The notes under the pieces: model-generated
Database searches by the model: none
The model's input: the letters and a program-made list of their open reading frames with translations, nothing else
What the model was told of the DNA's origin: nothing
Shown: positions 53,345-64,000 of the stretch, one piece after another
How positions within the stretch are numbered: the first letter of the stretch is position 1
Layout: the number at the start of each line of letters is the position of its first letter
From: Octopus vulgaris
Taxonomy: Eukaryota
DNA: 64,000 bases
Direction of reading: 5' to 3'
Assembly (NCBI GenBank): GCA_951406725.2
Contig: OX597816.1
Coordinates: 77,376,001-77,440,000, forward strand
Program-made: the position numbers and the translations under genes

Positions 53345-53790
53345 TGTGGATGTTTATTGGACACCCTGCGGGATGAAAAACAAAACCCGTCAAAGGGCGG
53401 AGGAACTCTTGAGAGTCAACGGCCATCCAATAAATGTCTTAAGGCTGTATCATGCGCGGGGACATAGAAATAATCGGACTGAATACCCGATCGCGCGGTT
53501 AAACCATTGGGAGTGAAGGACTCCTAGCCTTTGTTAGGGCATCCTTCTAGGAGAAGGTAACTCAGGTAACTGGGATAACTCCGACATAAAACCTGCGGCT
53601 CAGTGGTTACCGATGATGTTGACTTGTTCTTCTTTTCGGATTATGGCTACTGTTGCTTAGTGAGTGGGATTGACTCAGTGCACACCCTTTACTCACTTTT
53701 AAAAAAATCTTCTTGCACAGGCATGTACGATAACAACATTGATTAAGCTTCGTACATTGGCCATACTCGATAACGAGGGGGCAGCCACCA
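53345..53790 (+). mobile_element. GC-richer insertion between (ATGT)n tracts, resembling an RTE 5'-UTR derivative
   Basis: agggcatccttctaggagaaggtaactc resembles a motif I recall from RTE 5' UTRs; no ORF. Confidence 0.45.
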
Positions 53791-53828
53791 TGTATGTATG
53801 TATGTATGTATGTATGTATGTATGTATG

Positions 53829-53859
<31 letters not shown>

Positions 53860-54017
53860 GTATGCCTGTATGTATGAGGATGTAAGTATGCCTGTATGTA
53901 AAAAGTTCCTGGCTTTAAGGCTGTCTCGAAATGCCTGTTTGGCGGTCCAACCTTCCGAATTCTTTTACAGGGCCTCAAACTTTTCAGCACTCCCGCGTAT
54001 ATATGCATGCATATATG

Positions 54018-54051
<34 letters not shown>

Positions 54052-54594
54052 TGTATGTATGTATGTATGTATGTATGTATGTATGCATGTATATACGGGT
54101 GGTAGCTGGAGGTGTTGACGAGGGTAGCCAAAATTTCAGCAAGTTCTTAAGCTCACTATTAAAATGGACCTACCGTTAACCGTCTAATTTACGAATTACA
54201 TAATTAAAATAAATATTACATAAAATTTTTGTTTACACAGTGCTGTGGTGGGGTTTCGACCGAACCTGTCAAACCACCTCTGGTTACAGGGTTGTGTGTG
54301 CTCTGATTTTATTTTAATTAATTTTATACTAACAGAGAATGAGCTGGTTTCCAACTGAGAAACAACTTTCATTGGAATGTAGACGTCAATTGATAGTCAT
54401 AGCTATGTTATGTATGTATGTATGCATGTATGCATGTATGTATGTATGCATGCATGTATGTATGAATGCATGCATGTATGTATGTATGTATGTATGTATG
54501 TATGTATGTATGTATGTATGTATGTATGTATTGCATGTCATATCCTTTAATCTTATGTGTATGTATGTGTGTATATATATATATACATACGAAC

Positions 54595-54625
<31 letters not shown>

Positions 54626-54646
54626 CACACGCATATATATATATAT

Positions 54647-54739
<93 letters not shown>

Positions 54740-54778
54740 ATAAGTGTAGATCTTTTTTATAAATATATATATATATAT

Positions 54779-55187
54779 TATTTCTTCACTGCCCACAAGG
54801 GGCTACACACAGAGGGGACAAACAAAGACCGACAAACGGATTAAGTCAGTTATATCGACCCCAGTGCGTAACTCGTACTTATTTAATCGACCCAGAAAGG
54901 ATGAAAGGCAAAGTCGACCTCGGCGGAATTTAAACTCGGAACGTAGCGGCAGACGAAATACCTATTTCTTTACTACCCACAAGGGGCTAAACACAGAGGG
55001 GACAAACTAGGACAGACAAACGGATTAAGTCGATTATATCGACCCCAGTGCCTATCTAGTACTTATTTAATCGACCCCGAAAGGATGAAAGGCAAAGTCG
55101 ACCTCGGCGGAATTTGAACTCAGAACGTTGCGGCAGACGAAATACCTCTAAGCATTTCGCCCAGCGTGCTAATGTTTCTGCCAGCTC

Positions 55188-55192
<5 letters not shown>
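54779..55192 (-). mobile_element. SINE family B dimer
   Basis: Head plus two 184-nt units, both with the long tail. Confidence 0.9.
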
Positions 55193-55271
<79 letters not shown>

Positions 55272-55629
55272 TGTATGTATGTATGTATGTATGTATATAT
55301 GTATGTATAAATATATATATATAAATATATATATATATACTTGCGTGCGTGCATGCATAACACGTGGTCGCATGATCTACCAGAATATTGCATGTCGTAA
55401 TACGTCGCTAGTCACAATGCGCTTTGCAGCGCTCTAACTTTCAAACGCTGCCACCCCACTGGCTAGGCGAGCGGGCTAGCATTCTTTCTAATCGGAGGAC
55501 TAGTCCGTCTCAGAGTTATCCATTTACAGCCGAGTGAACTGGAGCGACATGAAATGAAATGTTTTGCTCAAAAACACAACGCACCGACATGTGATTCTGA
55601 AATTCCTATCTCACGACCCGCTTGCCTCA

Positions 55630-55984
55630 CAGAGTTTCTTCAACTCTGACAATACATTTCTCGCCTGCTCTTAATTTGTGGAGCTCATCTATGTCTGTGG
55701 TCTTCCGAGACGTTTCTTGTGGACATTTTGAACAGTTCTGTCAGCATCAAACTTATCTCTAATTTGAGTGATAGTAAGCCGCGTAGGTTGATCTATTCAA
55801 AACTCCCTCTTAAACTATCTTTGCACTTCAAAAGGATTTTCAAATTTCCAGTAGCACTCAAGGACAAATTTCTTTTGTTCAGAGTTTACTCTGCCTTCCT
55901 TCATTATTTCTAATGGGTTAAATTTAAAAAGAAATGAAAATTGAGTTATCAGTTGTTAAATTATGTATACAGGGAACACCTTGT
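55630..55984 (-). mobile_element. Tc1/mariner (DUF4817-type) transposase N-terminal relic
   Basis: EQKKFVLECYWKFEN..EVQR*F..PTRLTITQIRDKFDA..TVQNVHKKRLGRP; TIR-like start tacaaggtg. Confidence 0.75.
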
Positions 55985-56649
55985 ACATGCGCACGCGCGT
56001 GCGTGTGTGTATGTTCTCGTCTTCTTAACCAAGTGCCACATATTAGAGCAGGCTCTAATTTTAAAAAATGATAAAAACATACAATCAATGAAGAGACAAA
56101 AGAAACAGTAAGATGATACACGTTGATTTTATTAGGTATTTCTGTTTATTTAGAAACCTACAATGAAATTAGGTATTTTTGTTTATTTAAGAAACCTACA
56201 ATGAACAGGTGAGACTCTAAACTATAAATTTCACAGGGTACAACCTTAAAGTTCGCATCGCTCCGCTAAACGCAGAAAATTTCTGTCTCGCCATTGATTA
56301 AAAATACCCAGTTTTTTCGATTTTTAAACCTCTGTAACTTCTTTCTCCAGTTTTTTTCTCCACAACATCATACCTTCAAATTAATGAGACCGGAAGGCTA
56401 CATTATTATAGCCGATTTTCAGATTTTTTACTTCCTTTTAAAAAATGCATATTTTGCGAATGAAAAAAACTAGATCCAAATTTTGTAACTCTCAACTGAA
56501 TGCTGGTCTATCGCTGGATTGCAACATTTTGTCAGCTGATTTGATTAGAGCAACATGAAATGAAATGTTTTATCAAGAACACAACACATCGACCTGTACA
56601 GGATTCGAACACAAAATGTCATTACGATCATGAGTGCAACACCCCAACC

Positions 56650-56703
<54 letters not shown>

Positions 56704-56858
56704 CAAAACTGTCCGAAGAACGGGAACGTGAAACTCTGAGTAACAGTTTTTGTGAAATTTTGGGTACTTTATATATATATACACACACACACACATACAT
56801 ACATACGTGTGTGTGTGTGTGTGTGTAGTATGTATGTATGTATGTATGTATGTATGCA

Positions 56859-56911
<53 letters not shown>

Positions 56912-57340
56912 GGGTGGGTAATAATAATTAAAATTATTTTTTCTGAATTTATATTTAGTCTAGTCAGGTGGACGATGTGTGTAGTGTCTTCAGTCTGTGT
57001 AAACCCTTCCAGAATTAAATTTTATACTGGGACCATATTGGACAACGTTATATCATCTTGCTAAGGTATTGCCCTTCCGTGATGTTTTGGGACTACACTT
57101 CTTTATTTAAGACGGTAGGGTGTTATTTGAGGGAAATTTAGTTTCTATATCTAGAAGTTAGAGAGATCAGACAGAGGATACCCTGCTGTTTCGTTGGCGT
57201 ATGTGAGCAAGCTGATGTATGATGAATGCATTGAGGCCCATACGCACATGACCACACACATGCATCCACGCGCGCGCGCACACACACACACACTTTCACT
57301 AAAACGTAATGGATATCAATTACATTATACATATACTCAT

Positions 57341-57377
<37 letters not shown>

Positions 57378-57619
57378 TGCACGCAGACAAACAACCATAC
57401 ATCTTAACAAATAACCCATTCTTATCTTACATACAAGATAAAATGGTCAGCTGAAGTCCAATCCTTTGTTGACCTCATTCCTACTCTGACGTCATTCTAA
57501 TCAAACCCGATCAGATGGCCAACAATAAAGCGTGGCCTTTCTCTTGACCTTAATTCACCTGAAGAGATCTCAGCTGTATGATTGAAAGCTTTCTTGTCAT
57601 CTTGTCACCGTCACATTCA

Positions 57620-57665
<46 letters not shown>

Positions 57666-58539
57666 TAGTTCATTCACATATTCTTTCTATTATAGGCACA
57701 CGATCTAAGGTTTGTGAAGAGGATTCTAGTCGCTTACACCGACCCCAGTGCTCGTCTGGTACTTAATTTTTTTGATCCCGAAAGGGTGAAATGCAAAGTC
57801 GACCTCGACTGAATTTGAACTCAGAACGTAAACGGCCGGTAGAAATGCTGCTAGGCATTTTGACCGACGCGCTAAAGATTCTGCCAGTTCGCCGCCCTAA
57901 CTCAACAGCACACACACACATACATAGCGCTGCCAAAATTTGAAACATTATCATTTTTATTATTAGCATTAGTATAAAGGCATTAAGCCCGCAGAATCGT
58001 TAGCATGCTGGGTAAAATGCTTAGCGGTATTTGTTACGTTCTGGGTTCAAATTCCGACTTTAATATTTAAATGGCTTAAGACGGCGAGCTAGCAGAATCG
58101 TTAGAACGTCGGGCAAAATACTTAGCAGTATTACGTCCGTCTTTACGTTCTGAGTTCAAATTCTGCCGAGGTCCCCTCCCCTAAAATTTCAGGCCTTATG
58201 CCTTTAATAGAAAGAATTATTAGTATTAGTATAAAGGTGGTGAGCTTGTAGGATTGTTAGCACGCCTGGCAAAATGCTTCGCGACAGTTCGTTCGACTTT
58301 ACGTTCTGAGTTCAAGCTCCACCGGGGTCGAATTTGTCTTTCATCATTTCGGGCTTGATAAAAATAAGTACCAGTCGAACACTGATTTTGATGTAATCGA
58401 TTAGCCCCTCCCACAAAATTTAAAACCATTATTACTAATATATCTGAATAGGTGTGACATTAGTAACAACTTTTGTCTGAATGTAATTTACACTTTAGAA
58501 TTCTTTTGAGTTTCTCTTTTTTTTTTTTTTAAATCTTAC

Positions 58540-58675
58540 TTTCTTTATTTTTGTCTATAAGATCTGGTCTGAATTCTTCTAAGTTCTCAAGATGTGGGAA
58601 ATTGAAAGATCTGATACTGAACTTTTCTTGTGTGGATTTATCATCATTTCCTTTTTCATAGATGTATGCCTTACA
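58540..58675 (-). CDS. Possible isolated exon of an unidentified minus-strand gene
   Basis: aatttcctcag acceptor, AA|GTAAGA donor, one open frame (CKAYIYEKGNDD...DKNKE); no partner exons or homology recognised. Confidence 0.25.
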
Positions 58676-59933
58676 CTGAGGAAATTTAATTAAATCTTCT
58701 ATTTCGGGATTCGTTATTATATGTGCCGCTATCTTATACATACATACATAATACATACATACATACATACATACATACATACATACATACATACATACAT
58801 ACATACATACATACATACATACGTTCTTAGCGACGAAAACGCTATCAATTCAAATTAGCAAACTGTATATCATATTTAAGGCATGTATACTGTTGAAAGC
58901 TTTCTAATCTGCGGTGGCCGTGAATAGTTGCTATTGATAAGGCTCACAAAAACAGAAATTGGAATTTAACAATGCCACCACCGTAGTGGGCGAGTTTGCT
59001 TGCTGCTGCTATGTTTCTGTGTTTTTCTTTTACCATTATACATCTATAATAGATACTTTCTCTAGAGAAAAATCGAAGTTTAGAAGGCTTTCAACATTAT
59101 ATATATCTTAAGCATGATATAGAAATCGTTAATATAGACGAATACTGCCCCACTTCGCTAATATTGGATTTTTATTCTGCCTGCCGGCTAAATGCTACAT
59201 GACTATTTCAATTAGCAGCTACTGAAGATGCTTCAAAAAGCAGAAGTCAAGATTTAGCAATGCCACCGCCACTGTTAGGCGATTTTCACTTAATGCTTAC
59301 ATATTTCTGCGTCATTTAACACTTACCGTCTATAAGAGATACTTTCTCGAGACAAATGCCCCAGTTTAGGAGGCTTTCAACAGTATTTATATTTTAAGCA
59401 TGATATTCGGGTCACTAATTTATGCGTGCATACATACTCACGTACATAAATGTCACTGGCCACTCTGAGTTATAGTGCCTCCGATCATAGGCCTGTTCAA
59501 AAATCAACAATGTATCCTTTTGAATACGTTGCCAGTCTATCACGAATTATATTTCTTGATGATGCAGCCCCTATTTTCGACATCCAGATATACTGAGGCA
59601 ATGTAGAGCAAATCATACAAACCTAAAATCACAGTGAAGCACATATGGCTGACATGAACTTGTTTCTTGTTCAGATTACCCTGCACGAGCCTTTGAGCAA
59701 ATGTTTTCTATCAATGTCTCAATGATTAGAATCTATAGAAGGAGATCGCACGAGAGTCATATATGTATGTGCACATGTGTGTGCACGTGTGCATATCTAA
59801 TACAGAGAGCGATTTTGTGTGCACATGCACGTGTGTTCGCATGTGCGTATGTATTCGTATGTGTACGTATACGCACGCGTATATGTCACAAAGAGAAACA
59901 GAGTGCTTGTGTGTATGTGTGTATGTATGTGTG

Positions 59934-59985
<52 letters not shown>

Positions 59986-60081
59986 TCATCGACCGATATA
60001 GTCGGAAAATGCATATGTTACGGCGAAAACTGATAACCAGGTTCTTTCCAACAAAAACACCCCGTAGTATTTGTTCTTTCT

Positions 60082-60648
60082 AAGGCGGCGAGCTGGCAGA
60101 AACGTTAGCACGCCAGGCGAAATGATTAGCGGTATTTCGTCTGCCGCTACGTTCTGACTTCAAATTCCGCCGAGGTCGACTTTGCCTTTCATCCTTTCGG
60201 GGTTGATTAAATAAGTACCAGTTACGCACTGGGGTCGATATAATCGACTAAATCCGTTTGTCTGTCCTTGTTTCTCTCCTCTGTGTTTAGCCCCTTGTGG
60301 GTAGTAAAGAAATAGGTATTTCGTCTGTCTTTACGTTCTGAGTTCAAATTCTGCATGGTCGACTTTGCCTTTCATCCTTTCGGGGTCGATAAATTAAATA
60401 ACAGTTACGCACTTGGGTCGATGTAATCGACTTAATTCATCTGTCTGTGTGTAGCCCCTTGTTAGTAGTAAAGAAATAGGTATTCCGTTTGCCTTTACGT
60501 TCTGAGTTCAAATTCCGCCGAGGTCGACTTTGCCTTTCATCCTTTCGGGGTCGATAAATTAAGTACCAGCTGCGTACTGGGGATCGATCTAATCGACTTC
60601 CCGCCCCCTTCCCCAAAAATTTCGGTCTTTGTGCCTAGAATAGAAAAC
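60082..60648 (+). mobile_element. SINE family B trimer with 16-bp TSD
   Basis: Units start at 60131, 60315 and 60479; TSD agtatttgttctttct (60066-60081) and agcatttgttcttcct (60649-60664). Confidence 0.9.
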
Positions 60649-60792
60649 AGCATTTGTTCTTCCTTAACTGCATAGACACTTCCTTTTCATTTTCACCATT
60701 GTAAAATATATAAATCAGGAATTACTCCATTAAAAACCTGTAAGAAATTATTCCAGTGTCCACAAGATGTGATATAAGATAAGTATTTTGGG

Positions 60793-60793
<1 letters not shown>

Positions 60794-60879
<86 letters not shown>

Positions 60880-61073
60880 ATATATATATATAGATATATA
60901 TGTATATATATATATATGTGTATATATATATAGATGTATATATATAGATGTATATATATATATGTGTATATATATATGTATATATATAGATGTATATATA
61001 TATATATGTGTATATATATATGTATATATATAGATGTATATATATATATATGTATATATATATGTATATATAT

Positions 61074-61152
<79 letters not shown>
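60794..61152. repeat. Compound (TA)n/(TG)n microsatellite and minisatellite
   Basis: Seen directly; representative of dozens of (TA)n, (CA)n and (ATGT)n tracts in the window. Confidence 0.97.
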
Positions 61153-61157
<5 letters not shown>

Positions 61158-61169
61158 TAAATCAGTAAC

Positions 61170-61745
61170 CATATGCATGGCTGTGTCGGTAAGAAGTTTG
61201 CTTCCCAGCTACGTGCTTCCGGTTTCAGTCCCACTGCGCGAAACCTTGGGCAACTGTCTTCTACTATAGCCCTAGCTCTACTAATTCATTGTGAGTGAAT
61301 TTGGTAGACAGAAACTTTATGGAAGCCCGAAGGGGTGCTGAAAAGTTCCCAGCTTGGGTAAAAGAAAATACAGTAGGATCAGTTAATTATGATTTTGTTC
61401 AACATATTCCCCTCTCAGATTCACACACTTATTGCATTGGTTCTTCTGTTATTCTAAGCCCTATAAAACAACTTAGAAAGTTGGGCCTCCAACCGAGCCT
61501 TTCGCAACACCCTTAAAGCCAGGAACTTTTCAGTACTACTTCGTATGTGTATGCATGTGTGTGTGTCTATGTCTGTGTTTGTCCCTAATGTTATTACAAT
61601 AACTTAGCAGTTCGACAAAAGAGACTGATAGAATGAGTACCAAACTTTTTTTTAAATGCTTAAGTCCTGGGATCGATCTGTTCGACTAAAACCCTTCAAG
61701 GTGGTGCCCCGACATGGCCGTAGCTTAACGACTGAAACAAGAGAT
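61170..61745 (+). mobile_element. Diverged SINE family A containing a mariner MITE (61328-61545)
   Basis: Family-A head and tail are separated by a TIR-bounded MITE. Confidence 0.8.
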
Positions 61746-62156
61746 TAAAAACTATAAAGATGCCCTCGGCGACTCAGCTATTTCGTTTCTACGCCTTCAG
61801 TATTAGTCAGAAGATATCACCATTTCAACTGAGACCATATTGAAAGCTGATACAGAAAAATGAACACCTGTAGTAACTGGGTGATTAGGGAATTGAATGA
61901 CAAGAAACGGCAAATCATTCAATAGAAAGATGAGAGCGACACAGCAATAGTAACATGAACAAGGCTTTGATTGTACCCTAATATTTGTTCTTACCGCTAT
62001 AGTTATTGTTGTAGTTGTTGCTTTGGTCTACTGGTCTCTTTGTTACTTGAACTACTGACAGATTTACTGTAAATAATGATCACTGCTATTGACTCAAGCT
62101 CACACATTTTAGGAGAGGAGTGGAGTCGATTTAATCCACACCAGTATTACTTTACG

Positions 62157-62189
<33 letters not shown>

Positions 62190-62798
62190 ACACATGTATA
62201 TACATACAACTACATATAGGCATGTATGCATATATGTACATATATATTTATGCATAGTAGTAGTAGTAGTAGAGAAAGATCTGGCTGCAATTTCTTAGAG
62301 ATCTAGCAACCAAGTACAAGCTTCCTCGCTGTCTTAATGTGTGTGTGTATGTTGTGTGTGTGTACATACATATACATGTACATGTGTGTATTGTGTGTGT
62401 TGTGTGTGTGTACATACATATAGATGTGTGTGCGTGCGCGCATATATCAGAGGGGTTGAATAGCTTACTATTTTCATAGTTGAGATCACTTTTTGGGGAT
62501 GGGGGTGTTTTTGTTTTGTTTTGTTTTTATAGGGGAGGGGGTCAGATTCACAACTGATTGCCTGTATGGGGTGAGTGTGACAGGCTTCTGCATAGTTTCC
62601 GTCTCACAAATTCCACTCACAACGGAATTCGTCGGCATGGAGTTAAGCTACAAGAAACATACCTAAAGTGTCCTGCAGTGGAATCGAACCAGGAGCGATA
62701 TATTTGCAAAATGAAGTTGTTAACAATGCAGCTATTCTAACAGTCAAAGTATTTTATTTTATCAGCTCCAAAATAATTCTTTCTAATTTTGATGCAAG

Positions 62799-63110
62799 TG
62801 GAGGCACATGGCCTAGTATTTAGAGCAGCGGATTCGCGGTCGAGGGATCGCAGGTTCGAATCTCTGACCGGCGATATGTGTGTTTATATGCGAAACACTT
62901 ATGTTCCACTCGGCTCCGGCAGAAGGTAATGGCGAGCTTCTACTGACTCTTTAGCCACAACTTTCTCTCACTCTTTCGTCCTGTATCTAGCAGTTCACCT
63001 GTGACGGACCGACGTCCTGTCCAGGTGGGGAACCTATACACCAATGAAACCGGGAAACCTGCACTTATGAGCTAGGCTCGGCTCGAGAAGGAGCAAACAG
63101 CAACAACAAC
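62799..63110 (+). mobile_element. SINE family D
   Basis: tRNA-like head and (aac)n tail; homologous to 51335-51632. Confidence 0.8.
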
Positions 63111-63635
63111 ACAACAATTTTGACGGAAGGCCAACAATTTTGAGAGGGTACTTTAGTTTCTCGACCCCGAAAATGAAAGACAAAGTTGACCTCGGCCGTA
63201 TTTGAAATGCTGTAAAGTATTTTGTATGATGCCCTAACGATTCTGCCAGCTGTGTTCTTAGCAATAACCCTTTCAACTATAAGTACAAGGGCTGAAAGTG
63301 GGAGTGGGGTGGAGTGTTAATCCATGTGTTGAGTGCATGTGTGTGAGAGTGAGTATCTGAGTTTGTGGGTATAACTTTGGACCAAAGGCTTGTGAGAGGA
63401 CTTAGGGAAACTGAAAGAAGACCGTCCGGGTGTCTGTATGTGTGTCTCTGTGTTAGTTTCGTCTTTGTCCCTCACCACCGCTTGACAACCGGTGTTGGTA
63501 TGTTTATATCCGCATAACTTAGCAGTTTTCAAAATAGTCCGATAGAATGAGCACCAGACTTAAAGGTATGGCCTGGCGTCGATTTTTGTCGACTAAAATC
63601 TTCAAGCGGTGCTCCAACATGGCCGCAGTCCAATG

Positions 63636-63684
<49 letters not shown>

Positions 63685-63877
63685 AGATAGATTCTTTGTT
63701 TCAGTCATTGGGCTGCGGCCATCTTGGAGCACCGTTTGTCGGCAACATTCATCAAATTCTTTAAGATGGGGTCATAACCCCGAAATATTGGCTACAAGGT
63801 AAGTTTACATTAATTCACATATTTGATTTCTTGAGATTTACTTCACATTGTTTTGGCCTTACCCACGATCTTTTATG

Positions 63878-63975
<98 letters not shown>

Positions 63976-64000
63976 GTATGTATGTATGTATAATCATATA

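Overview
AT-rich, microsatellite-dense eukaryotic genomic DNA. The SINE families look like those of an octopus (coleoid cephalopod); this is an inference. One host gene is well supported: a + strand otopetrin (OTOP) proton channel. I reconstructed it by hand from seven phase-compatible GT-AG exons (16049-34788), plus a tentative first coding exon at 9657-9726 that would give about 682 aa. Its predicted extracellular TM5-TM6 loop is very histidine-rich (21 His in 65 aa). The rest is transposon-derived: tRNA-head SINE families, relics of Dong/R4, RTE and CR1 LINEs, two Naiad-type Penelope-like element (PLE) relics, Tc1/mariner and hATm-like transposase relics, MITEs and a non-autonomous Helitron. 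Two non-coding systems stand out. (1) Fold-back elements inserted at (TA)n tracts, several carrying minimal type-I hammerhead ribozymes, including an inverted hammerhead pair at 37.7-38.6 kb. (2) A SINE that inserts as TSD-flanked head-to-tail multimers of a 184-nt unit whose junction is itself a hairpin (GAAATA-GG-TATTTC). Almost all entries in the ORF track are microsatellite or SINE artefacts. All family assignments come from motif recognition by eye; no database search was run.
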